A stretch of DNA of 60,000 nucleotides from Laetmonice hystrix. Lineage: Eukaryota. Position numbers and translations under genes: made by a program. This document shows, piece after piece, positions 1 through 13,400 of the stretch (its first letter is position 1; each line of letters starts with the position of its first letter). The stretch is from positions 14,882,001 through 14,942,000 of the forward strand of contig OZ249436.1 in the NCBI GenBank assembly GCA_965235115.1, read 5' to 3'. The notes below the pieces were generated by a model. The model saw nothing but the letters and a program-made list of their open reading frames with translations, was not told the origin of the DNA and ran no database searches.

Positions 1-802
1 AGCAGCTCACTGTGTAGCACAAACCGAATGACATTTTTTAAACCAAGTTCAGCTAGCAGAACTGTTGTTGCTGTGTGATTTTCTTTACTAAGAAGTTCAG
101 TACAAGGTAAAGAGTCCTATAGCTGCAGTCCCTTCGATCTTCCATGAATATAAGTGATTTTACTACCTGTAACCATGTAACATTGAACTACCACTAGATA
201 TTGACTCAGATGATGTAAGGAAGTATGGCTATCATCAGGCATGTCTCACCGTCGTACTTTCGGCAGTAATACACATTGAGAAGAACCTATGCACATCTTA
301 CTGGCAATAGACCTGACACCTGTCTATACATGGGAAAGTTATAACATATTATCGAATCGATACTTCATTAGAACCAGCCTATATAATCGAGAGACCCCCA
401 AAATGGTGATAGGTAAGTTAAGGTAGAAAATGTCTGAAGGAAATCGCACAGTAACATGCTGCATGATGTGTTTAGGAAGTGATTGTCCTGTTGTCGGTTC
501 ATCCATTGTCATATCCTCCGTTTGATCATCACTTTATAATGTATAGTATTAATATGTTTGGGTTGAAGCCGACATTTGTTTGACACCTTGAGACAAGAGT
601 TCGACTGGAGTTAGGTCCGTGACCTGTTGTACAATGTCTTCATGTACCTGGTCTATAAATAGTCTTTTGTCGCCTTATACACTCTCGGTTATAGGTCGGG
701 CCCTATGTTTAAAAAACAAATGCTTGGACATGTTTAAGTATGTTTGGTAGTTCACATCTGTAGCTACGTGAAGCACAGCCTGAACACCCACCCGGTGTTC
801 TC

Positions 803-1247
803 ACACCCACTAGTCGTAGGTGGGAGTTCTCACTCACCAATCGTAGGTGGGAGTTCTTACACTCGCCAATCGTAGGTGGGACTTCTCACTCACCAATCGT
901 AGGTGGGAGTTCTCACACCCACCAATCATAGGTGGGAGTTCTCCCACCTACCAATCGTAGGTGGGAGTTCTCACTCACCAATCGTAGGTGGGAGTTCTTA
1001 CACTCGCCAATCGTAGGTGGGACTTCTCACTCACCAATCGTAGGTGGGAGTTCTCACACCTACCAATCGTAGGTGGGAGTTCTCACTCACCAATCGTAGG
1101 TGGGAGTTCTTACACTCACCAATCGTAGGTGGGAGTTCTCACACCTACCCATCGTAGGTGGGAGTTCTCACTCACCAATCGTAGGTGGGAGTTCTTACAC
1201 TCGCCAATCGTAGGTGGGACTTCTCACTCACCAATCGTAGGTGGGAA
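803..1247. repeat. Minisatellite, about 16 units of 27-29 bp with core CCAATCGTAGGTGGGAGTTCT
   Basis: Direct tandem repeats; the short variable parts (cactca / tacactcg / cacaccta) themselves recur periodically. Confidence 0.95.
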
Positions 1248-2506
1248 GTGTTTCTTTAAACGACACATCGACCAATGTATAATGTCTTATGATGGTTTAT
1301 ATTATGTAGGGCCTACATAATTTTGTCGTGCAGTTTCTGTATTAATGTAGAAATGGTGAATCTAACCGTAGATTTATTTAACGGTTTGTTATGTTAACGT
1401 ACGTCATAATAATTTGTGCCATCGTCATGCAGATTAATGTTCTGGTGGATTCATATATTTTTAAGCATGTTCTTGAATCCCAGACAACAGTTTATCGGGT
1501 TTTAAAAGTTTGTATATCCGATTAGTGCATGATTGGTTGCATAGGAAGCTCCTGTAGACAGGAGTTTATAGTGAAAAATGTTGTCACGGTACCCAGTGAG
1601 CCAACTCTGTTTCACTTAGAGGTGACCGAAAGGTACCCTCGAATTACCTTTACTGGGGAATACTAACGTAAGTGGTTTCATCTGCCGTGTCTTACAAACA
1701 TAAGTGCTTTCGTTACCAGTTTTAGGTAGTCATCATCTACAAATTACCTTCCAGATTTCTGACATTACAACAGATATCAGTGTCACTGACAGAAACCGTC
1801 TGTTATTTATAGTGTTTCTCCTCATCCAATTCGTACGGCTAACGTCGTCCGAGCTGTCAGGGGCATTAACGGAAATAGTAGGCCTACCAATTCTGTTATG
1901 AATGTGATACATTTCCAACTGGTGGCAAGTTATGTGATATGTAAATCGTATCCTTTATAGCTATTTATTCTAATTAATGGGATATCTAATCTGTAGTAGG
2001 CCTAAGTAACCAGGCCTGTAGAAGTCTAAGCCTTTCTCTGTATGAGGCTAGTTTTTGTAAGATGTTTCTCACATGACCTAGAGATTTAAACAGAAAACAT
2101 GTCGGCTTTTTAAGATGTTAGATGATGCGTATTGGAAAGACGTTATTTGACGTTCTCGTCGCGCGAGTGTCTTCATTATTCGTAATAATTAGGTGGCATC
2201 CCAGTGTCATGTTGCAAACATCACTCGCCCTGCTTATGACCGATACTACGTACGGCGGTTTATCGGCAGAGCATCCCTGTTTTACACCCAATCCGTGTCG
2301 TAAAGATCATTCTGCCCCAGGCAGAGTCCCTGCATCACGTACAAAGTCCCGTCCATAATTAACGGGATTCGTTGGGCCATTAGGTGAACACGCATCCCCT
2401 AGATCTAATACTGCGAAACTCTGCATAATTAGTAGTAAAAATAACCCAAGTCAAGTGTGTATCAACTTTATTTCATGTTTTTAGTATATTATTATTGTCT
2501 TTTCAG

Positions 2507-2677
2507 GAGGGAGGAAAGTATGGCGAGCTCTTCGCTGCGGCGCTTCGAAATTACGGTATTCTATGCATAGGACTGTACCGGTTCAGGGACACGAGCGCGT
2601 CAACGCAATGCCCGTCGTCGAAACGTTACGTCATTACGAATCCACCCGATGATTTCCCGCTTCTCCCGACAGACAAG
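2507..2677 (+). CDS. slo: Calcium-activated BK potassium channel (slowpoke/Slo1), internal exon from the distal RCK2 region
   Basis: tttcag|...|gta junctions, 171 nt phase 0/0, [28 protein letters not shown]...[21 protein letters not shown] is the conserved Slo1/KCNMA1 C-terminal motif. Confidence 0.95.
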
Positions 2678-4199
2678 GTAGTCACCTTTTCTACCGTCTT
2701 TTATTAAATGATTCTTGATGCTATTGTCCCCCGTCTTCTTATCATTGAACCACACCTACCATACCACTGACCCACGCACAGCGAGTGCCCCCAGAGAAAC
2801 ACTAACGAAATGTCTTTAATATTTCACACTCTATACCTGACACTGCTATACTATTTTAGATCTTACCACCGTTCGTTACGTCCCTACATCCCATTCAAAA
2901 TTCTAGAATCGAAAGGTGTGATAGGTATTGCGTTTGCATATAGGTATTAGTCCGATTTGTTATTTTAGTTTACTAAAGAGCTCCCTTATAATCAGCCTCT
3001 AATGATAGGATAACGTGATAGAAAAATAACACATTTATATACCTTAACAAACTTAACACGAGATGCGGGAGGGCCGGTATTGGAGATCAAATGGTTAAAC
3101 AGATTTTTCTCATTCAAGAAACATATAATTGCTAAGAAGGTAGGAAGATTAATACAAAGTTAATAGAAGTTAGGATTTTATAAAGCAGTATAAATGATTT
3201 ATCATTTTATTCATTTAATGGTTTTAAAACAGCCAGTCTCAGAAAAACACAAAACAAAAACAAAACCTATAGGCCTAGGGGGCCTACAATATGAGCCAAA
3301 ATATGAAGTTGAATCAGTGGGTCATCCTTACAGAAGTAATAGTACATTTTCTCGCAGTTCAACACAGCTATGTTTCCTACTCACTCTTATTGGCGCTGAA
3401 CACCTTTACATTATTATCGGTTTACGTCGAGTGGCCTTGTCTTGTTGTAACTGTTAGCGGGAATAAAGCATTGGAAATTAGTCGGTATGATCAATTTGTC
3501 TAAACTTTTTGTTGCTTTTGCAAAACAAGCCCGCATAATCTGTAGGTAATAACTTTCCAAATGTTTGAGTTTAGCTGTATTTGTTTTAAGAATTTGTTAT
3601 TTTAGTAATAGATTTATTTGATTATTATTAAAAAAAAAATAGCAGGGTCATTAATGCATTCGGATGAGGCTGCTACCAATTAGGAGGCCTAAACTTACTC
3701 GCATAGTCCGCAAACCTGTGGGGCTGCCAACAATCTGTCGGGCTGAAATACAAGTGGTAACATAAGAAATAATAACAAATAACAATAAAAAAAATTTCAC
3801 GGAATTCGCTTTTACTGTTTTTTTTAAATTATGATGTCAATGTAGGCACGAGTCTGGATACCATATCTTAAAGATGAACTATTACAAATATTGTTGGCAG
3901 CCCCCCAAATGCAGATCAAGTGCTAGTGGAATAGCGTGAGGGGGAAACCATTGACACACTAACCTCCAGGTTGTGTTTCTTTTGCCAGGTTTTCTGTTTT
4001 GCTCCCAGCCACATTTTCCATGGTTGCTCTTCTGAGGGAAACCACAAACGTAAGGGCTCTTGAACCTGCTTGTGTGTGTCACTTGACTGGTCATTCACCC
4101 GAAGCCACCAATCAGGACAACTGTATCACATTCTGTATAGAGAGAGAGAGATTTATATCTTGTCTACCTGTTGTCTTTGACCTTCAGCCCGCTTGAACT

Positions 4200-4400
4200 T
4201 GGTAGTCACCTTGAATGTATTGCCCTTTTGATTAACCACTTCAGAGAACACACACACGAGGCTTACTTGTACACTGTCAAATTCCAGAAGTCTTCCTCTT
4301 GCCCTTTCTGCTTCCGTGGTGTCCCTGATAATGCCCTGTCTCCGCGTGCTCTGCTCCCCTCAGGGACTTGCATCCAGTGTCGCCTGCAGCCTGGACGGCC
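4200..4400 (+). pseudogene. Possible decayed non-LTR retrotransposon (L1/Tx1-like) ORF2 C-terminal zinc-finger remnant
   Basis: THEAYLYTVKFQKSSSCPFC...C resembles the zinc-binding motif downstream of RT domains; no RT core recognisable; boundaries approximate. Confidence 0.35.
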
Positions 4401-5515
4401 TCACCTCTCCACCGTCTTAACCATGACAGTGTAGTCTTGTTGCGAATGCAGCCTCACGGTCCAGCACTCATTGTGGTCTTTAGGATGTCTTCACTAAGTG
4501 TTCTGTATGTACCGGATGATGTAAATAGGTACATTGGAAGGGCGAGGTACATCCTCAGAGTGTCACATCTGTACAGCGGTTAATCGAGGACTATACCACA
4601 CGCACCATAGCCATTCTCCCCGTCCGCACATCCCGACAGCCCAGCGGGGTTGCCACTCAAATTGTACGAGTTACGTTGGTCACATTGTTTAGGCCTACTG
4701 CCAGCTGATGTGATTCTCTCCATCTCCATACATAATGGGGGAGACCAAATTGTATTAGTAATATTGTGTACATACGTAGGCCTACTCAGAAACGCACGTA
4801 CGGACGTGCATACGTGCGCCCTGACTAAAATATCCACGCACACATTTCGTACTATTAACATTCATATTCGTAGATTATTTTATCACATGCAAACGTTTGT
4901 GAATAGGACATGACGAGTGGCAGCTCTGTTATTTAAGAGCACCCCCTCCCCCTCCTGCCCCTAGGATACAGGGCTATCGCACCATTTCAGACTACTTTCC
5001 ACTAGAGTAGGTAGTCCTGTATGTATCACCCACAAGGATTTCGGGCGGAAATTCGCTTCCTGGTAAGAGCACAAAATGATGCTTTATGAGGAATCATTCA
5101 ATGCAAATGAGCCTCCCCCCATGTAGTTGTCTATGAGGATACAAGCGTGTGAAAATGACACGATATATTCTGCCCCAAGGGATACGATCATCTTTACCAG
5201 TGCTATCTTAACCTGAAGGTCGGGTCAGTTGAGTGTATTCCACATCATGGTGCCAGTATACACAACCAACGTCTTTCAGTGCCAAGCGACGACTCAAGAA
5301 AAGTAGTCATTTTATTAACGTTTGTGATGTACGCAATCCCCCCTCAAAAAACAAATCTATTGGAAAGTATAATTTTCTTAAATGTTTCTTATTTAGATGG
5401 GTAGGGGTATTGCTGGATGAAATCTTCGTAATTTTCACGTAGTGGCTGTTGATTGGAGTAAAAAGTGAAAGACCGAGGTTTGTATACTGTAGGGCCTACT
5501 ACTATAGGTCTTTAA

Positions 5516-5958
5516 ACGCAGGGTAAACACCAACGGCAAATAAGGTTTCATAGACCAAATGAAACACCAGCATTTAACTCAGGGCAATAAATTCCACAAT
5601 TACGTTGTTAGAATGAAGTATAATTAACGTGTAACCGCCTGATGTATGACGCCGCTGGTTCTTACCTTGACCTTCTTGTGTGTTCATCAGAGCCGAATGC
5701 TGCACACCGCGGCGTATTGCGTAACATTACGTGTTACTCTGCTCAGAGACCTTGTCTACACGATGTTTGGAGTCCCAACGTTTGTAAACGTCCGAGGTGT
5801 TAAACACACAAGCAGAACCAGTTGCGTCACACATCGGGCAGTTACACGTTAATTACTTCATTCAGACAATGTAATTGTGTCATTTATTGCTCTGAGGTAA
5901 ATGCTGGTGTTTCATTTGGTCTACGAAACCTTATTTGCCATGGGTGTTTACCCTGCCT
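5516..5958. mobile_element. MITE with about 75-bp terminal inverted repeats and TTAA target duplication (Kolobok-like ends)
   Basis: ttaa|acGCAGGGTAAACACC..GGCAAATAAGGTTTC...GAAACCTTATTTGCC..GGTGTTTACCCTGCct|ttaa. Confidence 0.85.
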
Positions 5959-7250
5959 TTAAGTAGGATGAACGTGGGAAGGAGTGGACTATCTAAGCAC
6001 GTAGTTCTTATGTTGTCAACGTCTCGTTTAGGCGAATGTGAGATACTGGAGAAAAGGTTGTAGAAAGTATGTCGTGTGAGTGTGTGAACGTTGGTAAATG
6101 CATTGCAAGTGATAAGCGTGAACATCAACCAATAAACTAGGCATGAAGTATGCCGAATAATTTACATAGGTACAAAAATTGCGATACGTATTGTTGTAAA
6201 CAGTGTATTTCTACTATGTCTTTTTTATAATTCTGATGTTTATTTGATGTTTTGCGAAGTATTTAATCGTTGCGTTGACCAGGGATACCTGCGGTTGATA
6301 CTGCATGCGGCGTTAATATTTTCTCTTGAAAAAAATTGTTATTGATAAACGCATGTGTCACAATACACGTATTTGATAGAAATGACTGCGTGCGTATTAT
6401 AATGTCTTCACAAATAATTTTCTTGGTAATCTGATTCGTAGAATTAAAGTAGTCTTGTATATTTTGCACAGCAACAACAGAGCATCCACTAGTTGTCTGA
6501 TTTGGAATAATTCATTGTCATTCGCAGGTTTGCATCATAAGTAGTACTAAGTATATATCTTACACTTTTTTTCAATAATTGTAGCTGTAAGAACGCTATT
6601 CATTCTACTCAAACTCTGCACCTTCCTTACATTCGGCTTATCTCAGGATACATGTATATATCTGTAAAGCCAGGCCGTAGTTACTCCCTGACTCTCAATT
6701 ATATAGGTGAACCAGGTATTTTAAAAAAAATTATTGTGTTTTTGTTGTCTGATTGAAAGCCTTTATCTTGGAATCAAAAAGATTAAGTAGTAATCGATAT
6801 AATTGAATTGCATCATGTCAAAATCGGCCTTGTGACACTTAATTATAAAAGGATTATCTTTCTGAGCCACTTAAACATGATACAGTGAGACATATTGTAA
6901 TGGAGGCTGTTGGTATTGTGACCTAATCCTCTGTGGCAAGGATAGCCTAAATTTACAGTTCATTGTTAATAGCAAAAGGAGACATTTTTGTTGATTGACA
7001 GGAGATATAATTCATGTAAACACATTTTTGAATAGAATACTGCTAGTCGATTGTTATTGAGTACACTCCATTGAACACCCCGACTCCGGCGATTTGTAAT
7101 TACCGTCTTTGACATAGCACAGGACTAGTTTTTTAACTCAAAATACCTCGTAAACACCGTTTCTAAGATTTAAACTTCGTGCCAAACGAACCACTTTAAT
7201 TGGTCGGTTTTAGTGCATGACATCTCACATTTAGACGTTGACTGTCTTAA

Positions 7251-7609
7251 AGTGACACCCCAAATTCCTCAGATCTATGCCTTCCTCTGAACCCAAGTAA
7301 CGCCATGTTAAAATTTCAGCTTCGAGCGATAAGCGAAAGTATTTTAAAAATGAATGGAAAAATATGTCTGCGCTGTCCTGGCTTCCTCCGATTCCGCTCC
7401 CATATTTGGACATACTCTAGGATCTATAAATAGATTACGCTAGCTCCCAGCCCGCGCTGGCTTCAGAAAATAGCGGACGGGCCAGAAGGTAAGTCGGGGC
7501 CCTAACATAACTCGATGTTTTAAATAGTTTGGCTCGAACCTGGAATGTTTACATGGTGTCACTGGGGTTCAAAGGTTAGGTAAGTATTTGAGGAATTGGG
7601 GGTGCCACT
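7251..7609. mobile_element. MITE with TTAA target duplication and AG...CT termini (Kolobok-like)
   Basis: ttaa|AGTGACACCCCAAATTCCTCA ... TGAGGAATTGGGGGTGCCACT|ttaa. Confidence 0.85.
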
Positions 7610-9291
7610 TTAAGTGGTTCATCTGAAAGAGTAAAAGGTGACCTGAATCACAGAGCTGCTGTAGTTAGACGGGCCCATCCAGCGGTTTATGTCCACTATT
7701 GATGAGGTTGGTATATGTACACTGAGCGCTGCTGAATGCCCAGTCCATGACGGCTACCTTTCCTCCCCCTCAGGCTCGGTCGGTCAGTGGCGGTCAGCCA
7801 GCCGAGAAATCCCTGAGGTAACGTCAACATTCGGGACCCCTTCTCGCTGCTAACCATTGTTATACAATCCTGCGCCGTCTTGTGCCAAAGGCCAACTGCT
7901 TGAAAAAATCAAATTTCTTTAATTGTTTTTTGAATGGAAAATAAATTATGAATATATAAATAGATTATGGAACCCCCCCTCGAAATTGCACTGAATGGAA
8001 GTAGTTAGGTTGACGAGGGACCGCCCCCAAATAATAAAAGGTGAACTTATTATTGCTATTGCACAAATAAGCACCTGCTTAGGCCCATGTCTACTGATGA
8101 GTTGCCAAGAATTATCAGACGTGACTTCAAATTGTAATGATAAAAAAGTAGATCACAAAATTGAACGTCATTATCGGTGTTATTCCAAATACTCCCATGC
8201 CCCATCTTCTAATAAAAGTGATTAAAGTGAGATATGAAACCCCAGCCCCGTTTATTGTAATAGGAAAGAAGAAATTTGATTTGCATTACATTGCAAACCC
8301 CATTCCGATCAAATGGCCGCCTACCGAAGGTGGAAGTCTGCCACCTCAGGTGCTTGCTTACATGTATCCTGTGTGGTCGAGGTCCAAAGCACGCCCTGAC
8401 AGAATCTCAACATTGATCGAGGCCGTGCCTTGTGTCCGACTTCTCAGGCCATCTATTACGTTGCGATAGAGTCGTGTGTGGTTTCTTTATGTAAAGTGCA
8501 GTGACTATAGTATTGAATGTTTAGATAAGCATGCTTCACCGATTACCTTGAAACTAATGATATGCAACAAACCGATTTACAGCTGCGTTAGGGTCTTACT
8601 GCTTTATCGCTTAGTTGAAGAGAACATTGTATTCAGTTCTTTAAAACACACTAAGTATTGTTTAGCTTTACATCTCGGAATTTGTTTTCTTTTGCAGCCA
8701 CTAGATTGCGTTATTTTCTCTAGATGTGTTTAGTAATACCGTAAACTGGCCACACTGCATTACTAGCTAGAGGGCACATTCTGCCGGAACACCATGGTAG
8801 GACCGGGTAGTTGGAGGAAGTTATAGTGTCGACTGCACGTAAGACAAAGCGAAACTTCTCATGGCTATACATTTCAGCATAGATGTGTAGTACACATCTA
8901 TGATTTCAGATATCCTTACCTAATATTATAATGGTATTTGATCAGAAGTAAAGTGTTTGAATTAGGATAAATACCTGTCTCAGCATCAATTTATAGAACT
9001 ATTTTATATCAATAGTAAATAATAAGTCAACCGGAAATTTATTTCCGGAAGGTTCGGGGTTTATAGCTGTTAACACATCGACAAGGGAGTCCATATACTG
9101 GGCCGCGTCCAGGGGGACCTCCCGCACTGGGGGAAATACAATCAGTCTACTCCAAACTTAGAAAGGCTAAAATACGTGGTATGGGTGGATATGTGAGTAC
9201 TACGTGCATGCGTGCGGCGGGAGGGAGGTGGAGTTCGGGACCTTGGAAGTCTCTCTCGCTGAGGCTATGACGTGTGTTAGGTCGTACTTGT

Positions 9292-9434
9292 GGGCTCAAG
9301 TTGGAGAACTGCCGTGACGTCACGGGTAAGAATATTATTATAGAATCCCCCACGGCTGTATCACTCCCGTACACCAGCGTTTCGAAAACGGAAGTCCTTC
9401 CACCGGACTATTCGGCAGCCTGCCGACTTGTGCC
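9292..9434 (+). repeat. Dispersed repeat, copy 1 (inverted copy at 15115-15257)
   Basis: GGGCTCAAGTTGGAGAACTGCCGTGACGTCACGGGTAAGAATAT...CCGGACTATTCGGCAGCCT matches the reverse complement of 15115-15257. Confidence 0.9.
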
Positions 9435-9489
9435 CACTTGGGGGCGGGATTCGCGGAAAGCGCTGTATCTGAAGCCACAGGAGGGAATA

Positions 9490-9813
9490 TAGGGTGTTCC
9501 AAAAACCATTGGACAACCATATTACACACGTCATATTTGCGAGTTTCACATATGTTACAGGGAATCTTTTGTCAAGAAGAATGTCACTGTCAGGCAGTGT
9601 GATGTCCATGAGGATTACACATCACGCTGCCTGGTAGTGCCTTTCAGACGCATCCCTTTGAGTAACAAAAAGTGACATAATTCATGAATGCATTGACCAA
9701 TCAGGATGAAATAAAGACCATTATCCTTGAAAAGGATGTCCTATAACATATGTGAAGCTCGCAAATGTGACAGGTATGCAAATTTGGTTGTGAATTTCTT
9801 TTGGGACACCCTG
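9490..9813. mobile_element. Tc1/mariner-like MITE with TA target duplication
   Basis: ta|tAGGGTGTtCCAAAA...TTTTGGGACACCCTG|ta; inverted similarity extends about 80 bp (TTTGCGAGtTTCACATATGTTA / TAACATATGTGAAgCTCGCAAA). Confidence 0.8.
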
Positions 9814-10354
9814 TATGTGAAGTAGACCTATAACCCCATGGTACAACAGGGATATATGAGTCGGTGGGATTTTAAGTAAGCTGTAAGCTGTAGGATCCCC
9901 AGAAGGAAGTTCCTGTTGTAATACTGCTGCTAGTGGGGAGGGATAAACCTACGGGACGGATCCGTGACACCTCAAGAGTATGATGATGACAATAAGATCA
10001 TCTTTAAATTATGGCTAAAAATGCTGACTTACCGAGGTCTTTTTTAATAATGCGTCGATCTGAGCATAATGGTCACGAAGAACACAATGTTTCCTTTCCA
10101 GTAGTAGTTTGCCTCATAACTGTGTGTGATTCTGTTTGGATGACGAGTTTCGACAATATAACACAAAAAGTAAAGTGTTGGCAACGGATTCAGTATATTG
10201 CAGGTCATATTGCATAAAGCTACCGGAACAGCTACGAACTAACTGGCCATGCGGACGAACATTTTGTGTTTGACTCTATAAAGTTTATTTCCTTGTTGTA
10301 CTTCACCTTTTTTTCTATGGGCCTATACTTCATTTTGCTCCGTTGTCGTTCTAG

Positions 10355-10456
10355 GTGTTCGGTCTACGACCGTTTGAGATCATTGAACGTCAGAGCACAA
10401 AACGGCGAAAGAAACGGCGGACCCACAGGTCGTCACAACTATCTATGGAGGGCTGA
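10355..10456 (+). CDS. slo: Probable terminal coding exon of slowpoke/Slo1
   Basis: Pyrimidine tract + ttctag acceptor, phase 0, VFGLRPFEIIERQSTKRRKKRRTHRSSQLSMEG*; continues ...PTDK|VF.L..F as in Slo1 proteins. Confidence 0.75.
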   Translation: MFGLRPFEIIERQSTKRRKKRRTHRSSQLSMEG

Positions 10457-13400
10457 CGGCGGCGGCAGTGACGGGGAGACGGTGGCTGACACAAACTCAC
10501 CCTCTAACCACCAACCTGGCCTTACATCAGTAGGATGGCACCTCCTGGTCTGATCCGCAGGCAACTTGTTCATCATCGTTATATTGACTTCAAGTGTCAC
10601 CAAACGGCCGTACGGAAATCCCCGTGTTAAGGCTCCATAAACATGAAGTTTTAATAAAGGATTTGCCTATTAGAGCCTAAGGCGCATTTGAAATCGCCAA
10701 TTATGGAAACTGCGAAGGCCTGTCTGATATTGCAAAAAAGTCTCTAAGTTATAATTTATGTTGCACTGACCAACCGCCACCCACCGCATGACTCTGACGT
10801 TTGTCGCCTGATTATTACCGGTAATCTCCGTAGATCTCACATCGAAAAGAATTTGAGCTATTATACGTAAAACTTTGATCTATGCAGCAATGAAACTCTC
10901 AATGGCACAACTCGGCCAATGACTTCTTTGGTTCCACGGTGGTTGTATGCGTTTAGCCCCGGTTGCGATCTGATGTCTCTGATTAGGTTTGGTGTAAAAA
11001 CTTGAGCCCTCAGTTATTTCTTGATTTCAATGTATATATCCGTCTGTATTGTCAAGGTCTTGGGATGGTAATGATATCGTACCTGGCTGAGGCCTGGCGA
11101 GGTATTATAGATGGGCACATCACCAAAACGGTCTTGATCATAACGTGTCTCTGTCTACTGTGACTTTTATATTTTATGTGCGTCCACGGCCGACATTAAA
11201 CGGAACGCATCATTTAGAAATACACACCCGTTTGGAAAGTTAAGGATTACAAATCGAATTATGAGGAGTGATGCTACATACATGCCCACATAGATGAAAG
11301 GGGCAGGAGGATGTCTATCATCCAGCCATAGACATTGAAAGAAATTGAGTTGTGTAGATATGTGTGTTACTGCGGTCCTCTGTAAATACTGAATATTCTG
11401 GTCGACCTGTTCATGGACAGTGCTGAACTGTGAATATAATGAATTATTATTATTATATATTATTATTAACAAGGAATGGACAATAGATGCCCATTATGTT
11501 GCATTGATGAGCTGGTATGAATGTCTTTGAATCCCGTAGTCACCGTCACCGAGGAACCGCAAAAAGGGGGAAGGATGAACGATGAGAGAGATCCAGTTGT
11601 TGACTCAGGAATATATTGTGGCCATGCAATTCGTTTCCTTCATCTGAAAACGAAACGTTCAGCGTGATGATCATCTTGTATCCAACGCAGTGCATTGACT
11701 CAGAAAGCCTTACACTGATTCGCTTGAGATGAGAAATGTAAGAAAGTGTTGGACTCAACCTTTAAGCTGTATGAAAAGTCAATATTATATTATACCGAAG
11801 TTGTAACTATATATTTGGTACACTGAAGAAGTGAAAGTATAGACTTTGGAAGGGTTATTAGCAGTAGCCATAGCTAGAATATGTCCTGTTCACGGAAACT
11901 TGGGACGGAAAGCCTTGCCTTTGTTGTTATTAGTTCGTATGTTCCGTTTGACGTAATACCTTACTATTTGATATGCCTTTTTCCACATAGGCCATTCAAA
12001 TAGCGAACAAGCCTCATATATGACACAAATTGTGTCCCTATTATACAACATTGTAGTTTTAGTCATTGAAATGAAGTAAGACAACTTCATGGTTAATACG
12101 CCAGGCTGGTGTATTACCTTGCATTGATTATAAGGTTGACCGAAAATAGTATACAAATACGAATTATATAATTGACCATTCCCGAAAGATATTGCCTATC
12201 ATGTGCTTTTCTGTCGGACGTGAAAAATGTCCCACTCGATGGATAATTGGTTCGTGTTGTACAGATGTTTGTGAAAACTTGTACATATTTCTTATTCCAC
12301 AGATATAGAGATATTCTGTATCTACGAAAATCCAGTTTACTGGACCTTCGTTGCAATCTACTAAGATAATGCCACCAAAATAAATTAAAAGCATTTATTA
12401 CGGAAACCACTGTTGCCTTTAGTGTAAGTAGGTGCATTATCTGTGGGAAAGTTTAGTGGTTTATTATTGAAAAGATGTGTTGGAAAAATAGTCGGCTAAA
12501 TTAGTCTGCTCCTACTGGCTTCGTTCCTTTTGGCGCCATGATTATGACAAAAACTCGGTCATTCCTTTGATTGTGTAAAGCTCTTGGTGTCAAGGTACAC
12601 GTGCTGCCCGCCGTATCTGAACTCCTTTGGGAACACAGAGGTTAGCAATCATGTCCAAGAAATGGTTTGGCGGTTTTTTAAAGGGTATAATTAATCATCT
12701 CTTTATTATTTAATTTTTATGAGATATCGAATAGTCAAGAAATATAAATGCTTGTTACGTTTTCTCACCCAGTGCTTCTCATTAAAAAAACGACCTTCGG
12801 TAACTTTTGTAAAATGGTATAAATCAAATCGGCAAACGTCATGCAGATTTAGGATATTAACTCTATAGGTTTAGATTACTATAATGGTTCTATCTATAGT
12901 TGCAACGATCGCAGATGCATTGCTATTCGTTGGCTTTCGACATTGGCGTGACAAAATGACTCGTCCGATGATAAATGCATGACAAATTTGTTCATGTATT
13001 GAGTAAGCCTTCTCGTGCTACCGGATATTGGAACTCAAGAGTTATCTGTACCAGTTCAAGTATTGTTGTGGTCCACTAAAACACTAAACAACCCTGTGAT
13101 GTTGCTCCTATAATTGGTGCGTTATAAAGGATGTCATTATGTAGTTTCCATATGTACACATAATATTTCTCTCCGTGGTTGAAGGTGATCGACACGACCA
13201 GATGAAAAAGTTACCTGTATTGTGACAGGGAAAGAAGGGGTGACGCTACCCTCACAAATAATTATCAGACACTGGACTAAACTCACAAAAAGTTAAATTT
13301 GTTTTTTCTTACTCATGTTATGCCGCAAGGCGAACAGAGGCATTAGCTAGGATGAAAGGTTCTAATGTACGTGTCTCTCTGCACGTGCTCAAAATAGCCT

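Noticed and set aside
803..1247. CRISPR-like repeat-spacer appearance
   Set aside because: Variable parts are under 12 bp and recur; no cas genes; eukaryotic context
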